Positions 44,875-54,893 of a DNA stretch of 64,000 nt are shown one piece after another. A program made the translations under genes and the position numbers. Source of the DNA: a bacterium (GTDB taxonomy: Bacteria > Patescibacteriota > Minisyncoccia > Phycocordibacterales > UBA918); assembly GCA_002710785.1 (NCBI GenBank), contig PAMC01000018.1, forward strand, positions 10,515 through 74,514. The letters are read 5' to 3'. Positions within the stretch are counted from its first letter, which is position 1, and every line of letters starts with the position of its first letter. The notes under the pieces were generated by a model. The model did no database searches and had not been told where the DNA came from. It saw nothing but the letters and a program-made list of their open reading frames with translations.

Positions 44875-45339
44875 ATGGTACGAGAGTCTGTGGCCAATGC
44901 GTTAATTCGAACAGGGTGCTGGCTAGGTGAGGATGATTTTTTTCAGCGTCGATGGGGGTTTGTTCGGTTTTTTCCAAATCGAGATCCCAAAAAGAGCACA
45001 CAGATCACTGGTGATCCAGAACAACAATCAAAATCCAATGATCCGGCTTGGCGAATCCGTTGGCACTGGCAACTGCTGTACTGCAATAGCGAAACGCCAT
45101 TCCGACCTATGACGTATGTCGGTGGCAGCATGTGGTCTGGCCCATTGCTGCCCGTTAAAACAAAGCTCTTTGCGGTTCGGGTCGGGCCGCTCAGCTCCCA
45201 ATGGATCTGTCGTCTGACAAATCGAGATGTGCTGGTTCCAAGCAAGTACACACTGGATTCAAGTCCAGTGGGTCTTGGTGAAAGGGAAGATTTGTCTGAG
45301 CGCCAGTCTGGCGCCGAAGTCGAGATAACATTTGTGTGA
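44875..45339 (+). CDS. Hypothetical protein (Trp/Arg-rich, atypical composition); this stretch could alternatively be non-coding
   Basis: GAGG 8 nt upstream of ATG 44875; an intrinsic terminator follows the TGA stop immediately; no homology recognised. Confidence 0.3.
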   Translation: MVRESVANALIRTGCWLGEDDFFQRRWGFVRFFPNRDPKKSTQITGDPEQQSKSNDPAWRIRWHWQLLYCNSETPFRPMTYVGGSMWSGPLLPVKTKLFAVRVGPLSSQWICRLTNRDVLVPSKYTLDSSPVGLGEREDLSERQSGAEVEITFV

Positions 45340-45344
45340 ATCCG

Positions 45345-45373
45345 CCCACGATCTGCTGATCGTGGGTGTTTTA
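45345..45373 (+). terminator. Intrinsic terminator
   Basis: CCCACGATC-tgct-GATCGTGGG followed by TGTTTTAT. Confidence 0.6.
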
Positions 45374-45458
45374 TAATATTCAACATATGAAATACGTGCT
45401 ATTTATGTTGCGTGTACAGCTACAGCGCTGATGTTGATTGGTTGATATACTGACTAGC

Positions 45459-45492
45459 ATGAAAAAATTTCCTGAAGGTTTTTACTGGGGTG
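45459..45492 (+). repeat. Decayed duplicate of the GH1 gene 5' end (atgaaaaaatttcctgaaggtttttactggggtg), ~130 nt upstream of the real start
   Basis: Compare 45590-45623 (atgaaaactttccccaaaaatttttactggggtg); 13/13 identical at the 3' end; would encode MKKFPEGFYWG…. Confidence 0.45.
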
Positions 45493-45589
45493 AGAAGTGC
45501 TGGGAGCACTTCGCAAGACCTTGCCTGGTATTTTCGGAGAAAATACTGACAAGGTATACAGCCTCTGTAAGAGCCAGTAAAATTAATGT

Positions 45590-46816
45590 ATGAAAACTTT
45601 CCCCAAAAATTTTTACTGGGGTGCCGCCACCGCCTCGTACCAAGTCGAGGGGTGGAATGAGAACACCGACTGGGCAAAAGCGGCTAAGGAGGAAAGGGTT
45701 CCTTCGGCTGGCCGCCTAGCTGACCACTATCACCGCTACGAAGAGGATTTTGATATCGCGAAAGAGCTTGGCCACAACGCGCACCGGTTTTCTATTGAGT
45801 GGGCACGCATCGAGCCCGAAGAAGGGAAGTTTGATTTTGCTGAGATCGAGCACTACCGCGATGTCCTAAAAGCGTTGCGAGCACGTAACATTGAGCCATT
45901 CATTACCCTTTGGCATTTCACCTTGCCACTATGGTTTTCCGAACGAGGTGGTTTTGAGCGTAAAGACGCGCCGCAGGTTTTTGCCCGCTATTGTGCGTTT
46001 GTAGTTAAAGAGCTCGGTGATCTGTGTCACTTCTTTTCTACTATGAACGAACCCAACGTGTTTGGAAGCAATGGGTGGCTGCGAGGAAGCTGGCCACCGT
46101 TTAAACGTTTTGCGGCGACCGATCTTGTGTCGATCACCAATTCTGGGCGTACCTTCGAGTCACGTGCGCAAAGAGGACTCCGTCCAGTCTTCTTGTATCG
46201 TCGTGTCATGCGTAATTTGGCACAAGCGCATAATCAAGCGTATACAGCGATTAAAGCCGAGCGGCCGGATGTGAACGTAAGTGTGGTGAAACACGTTATC
46301 TATTTTCATGCCAATTGGAACCCTTTAAACATAATTAAAGCCTGGGTGGCCAACCAGTTATGGACTCACGTCTATATGCGACGAACCCGACATCATCTCG
46401 ATTCAGTTGGCCTTAACTACTACTTTCACAAAAAGTTTGGCGATCGTACCCACTACGAAAAGACAGACATGGACTGGGACATTTACCCACAGGGTATCTA
46501 CGGATCACTTCGAATGTTGTGGAAGTATAAAAAGCCAATCTTTATTTCCGAAGCTGGTTTGGCTGATAAGGCTGACAAGTATCGCGCAGCGTACATTACC
46601 GAGCAGGTTCGGGCGGCACAGCGAGCTCTCGAAGCCGGAGTTGATCTACGCGGCCACATGTACTGGAGCTTAATGGACAACTACGAGTGGGCTCTGGGTG
46701 TTGAGAAATGTTTTGGGCTAGTAGCAATAAATTACCAAACCCTCGAGCGGACGATACGCCCGAGTGCGTGGGAGTACAAAAAAATTATCGAGGCGAATGG
46801 TGTTGAATTAGGTTAA
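45590..46816 (+). CDS. Glycoside hydrolase family 1 (beta-glucosidase-like)
   Basis: FYWGAATASYQVEGW N-terminal GH1 signature, NEP acid/base, a …ISEAG… nucleophile-region variant. Confidence 0.8.
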   Translation: MKTFPKNFYWGAATASYQVEGWNENTDWAKAAKEERVPSAGRLADHYHRYEEDFDIAKELGHNAHRFSIEWARIEPEEGKFDFAEIEHYRDVLKALRARNIEPFITLWHFTLPLWFSERGGFERKDAPQVFARYCAFVVKELGDLCHFFSTMNEPNVFGSNGWLRGSWPPFKRFAATDLVSITNSGRTFESRAQRGLRPVFLYRRVMRNLAQAHNQAYTAIKAERPDVNVSVVKHVIYFHANWNPLNIIKAWVANQLWTHVYMRRTRHHLDSVGLNYYFHKKFGDRTHYEKTDMDWDIYPQGIYGSLRMLWKYKKPIFISEAGLADKADKYRAAYITEQVRAAQRALEAGVDLRGHMYWSLMDNYEWALGVEKCFGLVAINYQTLERTIRPSAWEYKKIIEANGVELG

Positions 46817-47135
46817 ACATGCTATTGTGCAAACAGTAAAGGACCTCGATGGAGCAGAACATGTTAAAACACCTCCTCTTGCAGTTCTGGCAGTACTCGG
46901 GAAGAGTGGATGTGCCACGTCGAGCACTCTACACAACCACCGTCATCGGCCTGGTCGGACAACCCATCACCAATGCATTTGTGGGTTTCGTGGCCATGCT
47001 GGCAATATTGGTTGACATCTTTGATTTTACGTAGGATCTCAACCCACCAGACTGAAACCCGCCCGCGCGTTCGCACGGACATTTTGTATGGGGAAAGGAG
47101 AATAATCGCGCTTATAATAATGCCATAATTACTCT

Positions 47136-48068
47136 ATGGCATGGATACTACTGGCCACGACCGGGCAGTTTGTTAACGCCGTGGTCGCCATTCTAGATAA
47201 GTACATTGTCTCTGACGAGCAGGCTTTACCACGGCCGTTTGTGTACGCGTTTTACTCGTGTCTCATTACTGGCGGGTGGATTGGTATTTACGCCCTCGGC
47301 CTCTTGCCAGGCTTAGCAGGGCTTGGGGTGCCGCAGCTTGGGAACGTGCAGACCCCGAGCATTCAGGTGGTTGGTATGTCGTTTTTGGCTGGCTACACCT
47401 TCTTCATGGCGCTGGTGTCGATGTACACTAGTCTCAAACAGGCTGATGCGTCTGACGTGATGCCGGTTATTGGCGCCATCTCTGCTATTGCGACGTTTGG
47501 TATGTCGTACCTCTTTTTGGGCGGTAGCTTCACAACCAATTTTATCTGGGGCATCGTACTCCTCTCGATCGGTACTTTTTTGGTGTCTGAAATGCGGCTC
47601 AACCGCGGGGTGATCATGCACGCGCTCCATAGCGGCGTTTTCTTTGCGCTCCACTACATTACCCTCAAAGGCCTCTTCGAGGAAACCTCTTTTGATGACG
47701 GTTTCTTTTGGTCTCGCGTGGGGTTTGTCTTGTTTGCACTCTCATTGCTTTTGGTGCCGTCGTACTGGGACAAAATTAAGGAACAAACCAAACAGACATC
47801 CAAGCGTGGTGGCGTGCTTGTCTTGGGTGCCAAGGTGTTGGCAGGTATCGCGGCCTTTATGCTCCTTAAAGCCACTGACTGGGGTGATGTCGCAGTGGTG
47901 CAGGCGCTCGATGGCCTGAAGTTTGTATTCATTATTGCGCTCTCACTGCTCTTTGGTCGCTTTATTCCGTACACGGCCGGCGAGAACGACTTCAGTACCG
48001 TCACCATTGTGCGTAAGACATCGTACGTCATTATCATCAGCATCGGCTTCGCCTTCTTGTTTGTATGA
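47136..48068 (+). CDS. Polytopic membrane protein (DMT/EamA-like permease fold likely)
   Basis: About 10 hydrophobic helices; stop overlaps the next gene's start (ATGA). Confidence 0.5.
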   Translation: MAWILLATTGQFVNAVVAILDKYIVSDEQALPRPFVYAFYSCLITGGWIGIYALGLLPGLAGLGVPQLGNVQTPSIQVVGMSFLAGYTFFMALVSMYTSLKQADASDVMPVIGAISAIATFGMSYLFLGGSFTTNFIWGIVLLSIGTFLVSEMRLNRGVIMHALHSGVFFALHYITLKGLFEETSFDDGFFWSRVGFVLFALSLLLVPSYWDKIKEQTKQTSKRGGVLVLGAKVLAGIAAFMLLKATDWGDVAVVQALDGLKFVFIIALSLLFGRFIPYTAGENDFSTVTIVRKTSYVIIISIGFAFLFV

Positions 48069-49087
48069 TGTTTGCTAAACGCTGGACTTGGTGGAAAAAA
48101 CTAATCGCCGCGCTCCTTGGCGGCGGTGCGCTGCTGGCGGGGTTGGTAGCGTGGTTGGCCCACAAGCCAGCACCTACTGAGATTACCTACGGCATGTCGT
48201 TTAACACTCCATACGCTCGCGAGCTGGGGCTCGACTGGCAAGAAGTCTACGACGCCTTTTTAGATGACCTGGGTGTACGCCACCTGCGCTTGGCTGCACA
48301 TTGGCCGATGGTGGAACCGCGCGACGATATTTACAACTTTACCGAACTCGATTACCAAATTGCCCGTGCCGAAGAGGTGGGAGCTGAGGTGGTGTTTGCG
48401 GTTGGCCGCCGGCTGCCCCGGTGGCCGGAGTGTCACATTCCCGCTTGGGCAGCAGACTTGCGTTGGGAGGAGCAGCAAGCAGAAATTCTCGAGTACATCG
48501 AGGTTGTGATGCGACGCTACCAAGACAGCCCAGCCATTACCTACTGGCAAGCTGAGAACGAGCCATTCTTAGAAATTTTTGCCTTTGAGCACTGCGGCGA
48601 AACCGACGAGGCGTTCTTGAGAGAGGAAGTCGCCCTTATGCGCAGCCTCGACGACACACGTCCGATCTTAGTGACCGACAGTGGCAATCTCGGTACGTGG
48701 GCTGGCGCGTGGCGCAACGGTGACGCGTTTGGCACCAGCGTGTACGTCCATTTTTGGAACCCAGAGCTCGGGCAGTTTCGTACAATCTTGCCACCCTGGT
48801 TTTACCGGGTGAAGGAGCGGGTTATGGCACTGCGTTACGGCGAACAAGAGACTATGCTGATCGAGCTCTCGGCTGAGCCATGGCTCATTGCGCCAATCAC
48901 CGAAGTTGATGTCGAAACGCAGTTCTCGCGTATGAACCTGGAGAAATTTGAGGATATTCTTAACTACGCCAAGGCAACGCACTTTGAAAAGCAGTACCTC
49001 TGGGGTGCTGAGTGGTGGTACTGGCTCATTGATAAAGGCCACCCTGAATTATGGGAGCGCGGAAAGGAGCTCTTTGCGGTAGAATAG
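48065..49087 (+). CDS. Membrane-anchored glycoside hydrolase, GH5-like TIM barrel
   Basis: N-terminal TM; WQAENEP (NEP acid/base motif) in a (β/α)8 context. Confidence 0.55.
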   Translation: MMFAKRWTWWKKLIAALLGGGALLAGLVAWLAHKPAPTEITYGMSFNTPYARELGLDWQEVYDAFLDDLGVRHLRLAAHWPMVEPRDDIYNFTELDYQIARAEEVGAEVVFAVGRRLPRWPECHIPAWAADLRWEEQQAEILEYIEVVMRRYQDSPAITYWQAENEPFLEIFAFEHCGETDEAFLREEVALMRSLDDTRPILVTDSGNLGTWAGAWRNGDAFGTSVYVHFWNPELGQFRTILPPWFYRVKERVMALRYGEQETMLIELSAEPWLIAPITEVDVETQFSRMNLEKFEDILNYAKATHFEKQYLWGAEWWYWLIDKGHPELWERGKELFAVE

Positions 49088-49091
49088 TGAT

Positions 49092-49265
49092 ATGACCCGC
49101 TTCATTTTCAGTTGGTTTTTCATTCGTAACTGGCACACCGGCGAGCACGAGCTGTCGCGACCGCGTGTGGCGTTAGCTGCCGCTGCATTGTTTTTACTCC
49201 TCTTGGCATTTTTGATGATCGCCATTTTACAATCACCGATTGAATACGTTGCCATGGTTGGTTAG
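49092..49265 (+). CDS. Small membrane protein (57 aa); absent from the ORF track
   Basis: MTRFIFSWFFIRNWHTGEHELSRPRVALAAAALFLLLLAFLMIAILQSPIEYVAMVG with one TM; low confidence. Confidence 0.3.
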   Translation: MTRFIFSWFFIRNWHTGEHELSRPRVALAAAALFLLLLAFLMIAILQSPIEYVAMVG

Positions 49266-49275
49266 GAATATTGGT

Positions 49276-49713
49276 ATGAAAAAATTCATCATCGGCGGTT
49301 TGATTGGAATGCTCGTAGCGCTCGTAATGGTCGTGGTGGTGTGGCTCTTCCTACAAGACTTTTTCTTGGTCAAACAGTCAGCCCCGGTACTTGAGCCACC
49401 AGCGACAACCTCAACAGAAACCTCGGCACCGAGCAGCTCGCCCGCTCCGACCTCAGCTGCCGCTGACACCGCTACGCCAGCAGTCGAGCCTGACACTACG
49501 CCAGGAGTCCCCGCCGCAGACCTGCCACTTAGCGAAGGACAGCGAGCCTTGGCAGAATCACTCGGTCTCGATGTTGATCAGATTGTCATCAGCGAGGAAT
49601 TGGTGACGTGCGCGCGCGAGAAACTCGGCGAGAGCCGCTACCAGCAAATCTTGGCTGGCGACACACCAAATTTTCTTGAAACAGCAAAATTGTTGCCGTG
49701 TTTAGGTCAGTAA
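49276..49713 (+). CDS. Membrane-anchored protein with a Pro/Ala/Thr-rich linker
   Basis: Start MKKFIIGGLIGMLVALVMVVVV (TM) preceded by AGGAA; low-complexity linker. Confidence 0.5.
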   Translation: MKKFIIGGLIGMLVALVMVVVVWLFLQDFFLVKQSAPVLEPPATTSTETSAPSSSPAPTSAAADTATPAVEPDTTPGVPAADLPLSEGQRALAESLGLDVDQIVISEELVTCAREKLGESRYQQILAGDTPNFLETAKLLPCLGQ

Positions 49714-49747
49714 CCTGTGCTACTATGTACTCATAATTTAATCCTGT

Positions 49748-50503
49748 ATGTCAATTTTTGCCCGCTTTCAAAGTATTGAAGAGAATGACAAAGCCGCCGT
49801 GGTGCGCAAATTAATGGAAAACAGCACGCCCGACTTCGACTTCTTCTACATCACTGGCCTCGCCGTCTTAATGGCCACCTTCGGCCTCTTGGCAGATAGC
49901 CCGTCGATTGTTATCGGCAGCATGCTGATTGCGCCGGTCCTCTACCCGATTTTAGGCGTTGCGCTCGGCCTGGTTATGAGTAACCCGAGTGTGCTTGGAC
50001 GCTCAACTGTTACGCTCACGAAGTCGTTTGCGATTGGGGTTGGTTTGGCCACGATTGCGACGGTGCTGTTTAACGAGTCGAGTGTTGCTACGAGCGAGGT
50101 GTTGGCACGCACCGAACCGAGCTTGCTGTACTTCCTGGTAGCGATTGTAGCCGGGGCAGCGGTCTCGTTTACCCTCGGCCAGCCTGAGTGGAGCGAAACC
50201 CTGCCCGGCATTGCTATCTCGGTTGCACTCATCCCACCGCTCGCGGTAGTGGGTATCGGTCTGGCGACGCTCGACATCGAGATTGTGAGCGGCTCACTTG
50301 TGCTGCTAGGCCTTAACTTTGCTGGTATCGTCTTTTCAGCCATGGTGACTTTCTCTCTCATGAACCTCTACGAAAAGCAGCACATTGCTGAGTCGACCAT
50401 TAAGAAGGTCGACGAGCGGCTAGAGCGCGAAGAAGAAGCCATCGCTGCTGCTGAAGAAGCCCTTGAAGAGAAGGTAAACGGAACCGGCAAGCCGGTAGTG
50501 TAG
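49748..50503 (+). CDS. DUF389-family integral membrane protein
   Basis: …GSMLIAPVLYPILGVALGLV… and a repeated hydrophobic domain arrangement typical of TIGR00341/DUF389. Confidence 0.55.
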   Translation: MSIFARFQSIEENDKAAVVRKLMENSTPDFDFFYITGLAVLMATFGLLADSPSIVIGSMLIAPVLYPILGVALGLVMSNPSVLGRSTVTLTKSFAIGVGLATIATVLFNESSVATSEVLARTEPSLLYFLVAIVAGAAVSFTLGQPEWSETLPGIAISVALIPPLAVVGIGLATLDIEIVSGSLVLLGLNFAGIVFSAMVTFSLMNLYEKQHIAESTIKKVDERLEREEEAIAAAEEALEEKVNGTGKPVV

Positions 50504-50507
50504 CCCT

Positions 50508-51614
50508 ATGCGAGCACGCAGCTTCATTGTATTGGCACTGCTTTTGGCACCAATGGCGTCACAGGCAGAGACTGTCGTGCGGATAGCTGAGTCGGTGCTG
50601 GTGGCACCCGATCAGCAAGTGGAGAATGATTTCTATGCAGCGGCGTCCAATATTACGCAGACCGGCTCTGTAGCTGGTGATATGTACGCAGCGGCAGGCG
50701 AAGTAACGGTTAAAGGTCCCATCGAGACTGACCTCACCATTTTTGCCGGCCGAGCAGCTATTGATGCTGCCGTGGGTGATGATGTGCGTCTCGCAGTGGG
50801 CGAGGCAACAATTTCGGGAGATGTTGGTGGCGATGTATTTGTGTTGGGTGGCAGCCTTACTATTTTGCCCACAGCAAGCGTGTCTGGCGACGTGTACGTT
50901 TTTGGTGGCGAGGCAGAAATCGCTGGAGCCGTCGCGGGCTCGGTACGTGGTCGTGTTGAGCAGCTACGTATCGATACTACAGTTGGCGGGGGAGTTGACG
51001 TGGTGGCTCGTCAGCGCCTGACGCTTGGTAGCCGCACCGAAGTGGCTGGCGATGTGCAGTACCGCTCACAGCGTGAGCTCGTTCGCGCTCCCGAAGCAGT
51101 TATTAACGGTTCGGTACTGGCTAATGACTTACCCGCTGAGACCGACGAACCAAGCCTGGCTACGCAACTTCTGCCGAGCCTGATTATGCTCTTCGGCAGC
51201 CTCGTGTTGTACCTTCTGGCCCGCGACTTTATGACGGCCGTCGTCACACATTCACTCACACACCCGCTCCGCGTGAGCTTTATTGGGATTTTACTCAGTC
51301 TAGTCGCCCCTGCGCTCGCCATTCTGTTAATGGTCACCGTGCTTGGTTTAGTTGTTGGTATCGGTACGTTGGGAGCGTTTATCGTCGTACTCGCTCTAAG
51401 CTACAGCGTGGCGCCGATGGTGCTCGGCGTGTTGATGTGGCGCCTCTTTGGCGGCACACCGGTACTGCAACCATTTGCCATTCTGGTTGGTGTGTGTGCG
51501 TTGCAGCTTTTGCTGCTTATCCCGACACTCGGAACGCTTATCGCTTTGTCCTTGAGCCTCATCGCTGCTGGTTCCCTTGCTGAAATCACGGTTAAGCGTC
51601 TCATGGCTTGCTAA
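50508..51614 (+). CDS. Secreted beta-helix-repeat protein (bactofilin/DUF4097-like GDV repeats) with C-terminal TM helices
   Basis: Signal peptide; repeated …GDV…G…V… units; four C-terminal hydrophobic segments. Confidence 0.5.
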   Translation: MRARSFIVLALLLAPMASQAETVVRIAESVLVAPDQQVENDFYAAASNITQTGSVAGDMYAAAGEVTVKGPIETDLTIFAGRAAIDAAVGDDVRLAVGEATISGDVGGDVFVLGGSLTILPTASVSGDVYVFGGEAEIAGAVAGSVRGRVEQLRIDTTVGGGVDVVARQRLTLGSRTEVAGDVQYRSQRELVRAPEAVINGSVLANDLPAETDEPSLATQLLPSLIMLFGSLVLYLLARDFMTAVVTHSLTHPLRVSFIGILLSLVAPALAILLMVTVLGLVVGIGTLGAFIVVLALSYSVAPMVLGVLMWRLFGGTPVLQPFAILVGVCALQLLLLIPTLGTLIALSLSLIAAGSLAEITVKRLMAC

Positions 51615-51656
51615 GCCGAGACTGGAGCTTTTAGCAATCGATGGTACACTTAGGCG

Positions 51657-52343
51657 ATGCAGCAAAAGGTGGCTTTTTTAGATATTGATGGCACGGTCTT
51701 TCGCTCCAGCCTACTGATTGAGCTCGTTGAAGCACTAATCGAGAAAGAGCTGTTTCCAGAATCAGCTCGCAACGGTTACGAAAAGCAGTACCACGCCTGG
51801 CACAACCGCGAGGGTACGTACGAAGCCTACATCAACGCGATGGTGAAGGTGTTTATGCAAAATATTAAAGGCGTGCACTACGGCGATTTTGCCGACACGG
51901 GCCGTGCGGTTGTTGAGGCTAACCAAAAGCGAATTTACCGCTATACTCGAGACTTGATTGGCAAGCTCAAGAAGCAAAACTACTACGTGGTCGCTATCTC
52001 GCAGTCGCCAAAAACCATTCTCGATGAGTTCTGCAACGATTACGGTTTTGATAAGGTCTACGGTCGCATGTACGAAATTGGTCCGACCGATAAGTTTACC
52101 GGTGAGGTGAGTGACGAAGAGGTAATCGCCAATAAAGCCAATGTCATAAAGCGTGTTTTAGAAGATGAAGACTTCACCATCGATAACTCGGTGGCCGTGG
52201 GAGATACCGAGAGTGACATTCCCATGCTCGATATGGTTGCGATGCCAATTTGCTTTAACCCTAACAACACACTGTTTCAGCATGCGAAGCGGATGGGGTG
52301 GAAGGTGGTCGTCGAGCGCAAAGACGTCATTTATGAGCTTTAG
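51657..52343 (+). CDS. HAD-superfamily hydrolase (subfamily IB, phosphoserine-phosphatase-like)
   Basis: Motif I FLDIDGTVF; C-terminal GDTESD motif IV. Confidence 0.7.
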   Translation: MQQKVAFLDIDGTVFRSSLLIELVEALIEKELFPESARNGYEKQYHAWHNREGTYEAYINAMVKVFMQNIKGVHYGDFADTGRAVVEANQKRIYRYTRDLIGKLKKQNYYVVAISQSPKTILDEFCNDYGFDKVYGRMYEIGPTDKFTGEVSDEEVIANKANVIKRVLEDEDFTIDNSVAVGDTESDIPMLDMVAMPICFNPNNTLFQHAKRMGWKVVVERKDVIYEL

Positions 52344-52488
52344 CTATAACGAATCTGCTGCGTTGTGCTGCGGTAAAACCTCAGTCGCCGTATAAGAAAT
52401 ACGTCTTCTTCGGTTTTCCTGGCACGCCTTGCATCTCCGTCATCCTAAAGCTCATAAATTGCAGGAGTTGAAACCTAACGATTTTGGT

Positions 52489-52713
52489 ATGGACAAAAAA
52501 CTCACTCGAGACTTTGAAAACAAAATGATCGCCGGCGTGGTAGCTGGCTTGGCTAAGTACTTTGAGCACGATGTTACCTTGTGGCGGTTGGCGGTGGTGC
52601 TTGGGTTTGTCCTAACCGGTATTATGCCCGGCCTCCTGCTCTACATCATTGCCTGGATTATTATGCCCACTGACGACGGCGTTAGAGACGTAGAGTATGT
52701 CGTCAACGAGTAG
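52489..52713 (+). CDS. PspC-domain membrane protein
   Basis: LTRDFENKMIAGVVAGLAKYF…LWRLAVVL… PspC signature; start at MDKK, preceded by AGGAG. Confidence 0.6.
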   Translation: MDKKLTRDFENKMIAGVVAGLAKYFEHDVTLWRLAVVLGFVLTGIMPGLLLYIIAWIIMPTDDGVRDVEYVVNE

Positions 52714-54082
52714 TGTAGACGAGCGAAGAGTTAGGGTGCTTAACGATGCGCCAGCGGGAGCTGGACCAGTTGTCTACGTCATGGCGCGCGAGCAGCGTGT
52801 CTGCGACAACTGGGCGCTCCTCTACGCAGCCGAGCAAGCAAAGAAGCGGCAGGCGCCACTCTTGGTGCTATTTGCCCTCGGGCCAATGTTTAATGAGGGC
52901 AGCCGCCGCCACAACGACTGGATGGTTGTGTCACTTAAGGAGGTCGAGAAAAACCTGGCGGCAAAACATATTCCGTTTTACATTGAGCTGGGTGAGTGGA
53001 CAGACGTTATCCCGGCTTTTGCGGCTGCGCACCACGTAGGGGAGGTGGTGTTTGATTTTAATCCACTGCAGCCGGTACGTGCCTGGCGCAATGCTGCGAG
53101 CGCGGTCCTCGCTATGCGAACCGTGGAGGTTGATGCCCGTAACATTATCCCGTGCTGGCAGGCCAGCGATAAAGCTGAATTTGCCGCGTACACGTTTCGG
53201 CCCAAGGTGCATCGCCAGCTCAGCGAATTTCTTACCAACTTTCCGCCTCTTAGTGCGGCGTCGCCTCCGTACAACGGACCAACCTCTACGCACGATTGGA
53301 GTGTGGTCGCTGCATACCGCAACGTGAGTGTTGAGGCTCCGCTGCCTGCATGGATCGCGCCTGGAGAGGCTGCGGCTCAAGCGATGCTCACGCAGTTTCT
53401 AAACGAACGCTTGGCAGGCTACGCGGCGCGCCGCAACGACCCTAATGAGCAAGCGCTCTCAAATCTCTCGCCGTATTTACGCTGGGGCAACATTAGTGCA
53501 CAGCGAGTGGCGCTAGCCGTCGAGGCGGTGCGTGGTGTACCACGAGACGACAAAGAAGCCTTTTTTGAAGAGCTCATCGTGCGACGTGAGCTCTCCGATA
53601 ATTTTGTCTACTACACCAAAGCGTACGACACGCTCGAAGGCGCACACCAGTGGGCGCAGACCACGCTCAGCGAACACGATAAGGATGAGCGCGAATATAC
53701 GTACACACTTGAGCAATTTGAACAGGCCAAGACCCACGACGAGCTTTGGAATGCCATGCAGGTACAGATGGTACAAGAGGGGAAGATGCACGGCTGGTGC
53801 CGGATGTACTGGGCGAAGAAGATTTTGGAGTGGACAGCTTCACCGCAGGAAGCGATCACTATTGCGCTGACGTTAAACGACCGCTACCAACTCGACGGCC
53901 GCGACAGTAACGGGGTGGTTGGGGTTATGTGGTCAATCGCGGGCGTGCATGATCGAGCTTGGACGGAGCGACCAGTTTTTGGCAAAATCCGCTACATGAA
54001 TTTCAATGGCGCCAAACGCAAGTTTGATGTTGCTGCATACATCGAGCGGTACACTGATACCAACACGTTGTTTGATGCATAA
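52697..54082 (+). CDS. phr: Deoxyribodipyrimidine photolyase (class II CPD photolyase-like)
   Basis: N-terminal α/β domain; FAD-binding region with WCRMYWAKKILEW…GRDSNGVVGVMWSIAGVHDRAW, characteristic of class II photolyases. Confidence 0.8.
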   Translation: MSSTSSVDERRVRVLNDAPAGAGPVVYVMAREQRVCDNWALLYAAEQAKKRQAPLLVLFALGPMFNEGSRRHNDWMVVSLKEVEKNLAAKHIPFYIELGEWTDVIPAFAAAHHVGEVVFDFNPLQPVRAWRNAASAVLAMRTVEVDARNIIPCWQASDKAEFAAYTFRPKVHRQLSEFLTNFPPLSAASPPYNGPTSTHDWSVVAAYRNVSVEAPLPAWIAPGEAAAQAMLTQFLNERLAGYAARRNDPNEQALSNLSPYLRWGNISAQRVALAVEAVRGVPRDDKEAFFEELIVRRELSDNFVYYTKAYDTLEGAHQWAQTTLSEHDKDEREYTYTLEQFEQAKTHDELWNAMQVQMVQEGKMHGWCRMYWAKKILEWTASPQEAITIALTLNDRYQLDGRDSNGVVGVMWSIAGVHDRAWTERPVFGKIRYMNFNGAKRKFDVAAYIERYTDTNTLFDA

Positions 54083-54893
54083 GAAAGACCAGCAGTTCAT
54101 AACTACGGTACACAACTACTACTGCGAGCACGGGCGGCATAGTTTGCTGTGGCGGAGAACGAACAACCCGTACCGGATTGTGGTGTCGGAGATAATGTTG
54201 CAGCAAACCCAAGTCGACCGAGTGGTTCCTAAGTACCGAGCATTTTTGCGCCAGTTTCCCACCGCCAAAAAGCTCGCGACCGCGTCGTTAGCTGAGGTAA
54301 TAAAAGTGTGGCAGGGCCTGGGGTACAATCGCCGGGCTAAATTGCTCCAGCAGTGCGCGCAGGTGATTACTAATGAGTATGGTGGGCGCTGGCCTCAGAC
54401 GTACATCAAACTCACATCCCTGCCCGGCATCGGTCCGTACACGGCAGGAGCAGTCATGGCGTTTGCGTATAATCAGGCGGTACCACTCATTGAGACTAAT
54501 GTACGTACGGTCTACCTCCACCACTTCTTCCCAAACGACACCGACGTTACCGACAAATATATTCTTACCCTCGTGGAGCGGCACCTGCCGCACGTCGGCG
54601 ATGCGCGCGTCTGGTACGCAGCACTTATGGACTATGGCAGCTACCTTAAAAAGACACACGGCAACCCCAACAGTCGAGCTGCGGGCTACGTTAAACAATC
54701 AACGTTTAAAGGAAGTGACCGCGAAGTTCGCGGTGCGATCGTTCGTACACTTACACAAACGCCACAGAGTCGTACGCAGCTGCGGCAAGCGCTTAAGCAT
54801 CTCGATACAGTAAAAATTGACGCACAGCTCGAACGTCTCTTGGCCGAAGCCATGATTATCAAACAAGGGAGAGAGTACCAACTCTCCACCTAA
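54075..54893 (+). CDS. HhH-GPD base-excision DNA glycosylase (MutY/Nth family), no obvious C-terminal 4Fe-4S cysteine cluster
   Basis: …RIVVSEIMLQQTQVDRV…LPGIGPYTAGAVMAFAYN… HhH-GPD motif; start set at the MHKKD ATG overlapping the photolyase end. Confidence 0.65.
   Translation: MHKKDQQFITTVHNYYCEHGRHSLLWRRTNNPYRIVVSEIMLQQTQVDRVVPKYRAFLRQFPTAKKLATASLAEVIKVWQGLGYNRRAKLLQQCAQVITNEYGGRWPQTYIKLTSLPGIGPYTAGAVMAFAYNQAVPLIETNVRTVYLHHFFPNDTDVTDKYILTLVERHLPHVGDARVWYAALMDYGSYLKKTHGNPNSRAAGYVKQSTFKGSDREVRGAIVRTLTQTPQSRTQLRQALKHLDTVKIDAQLERLLAEAMIIKQGREYQLST

Noticed and set aside
44822-45376. RNase P RNA or tmRNA in this region
   Set aside because: No GGAAAGUCCGGGCUCC / ACAGAACCCGGCUUA (RNase P) or 5' GGGG…UUCGAC…/3' acceptor-CCA (tmRNA) architecture could be aligned by eye. 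It is left as an uncertain ORF or ncRNA.
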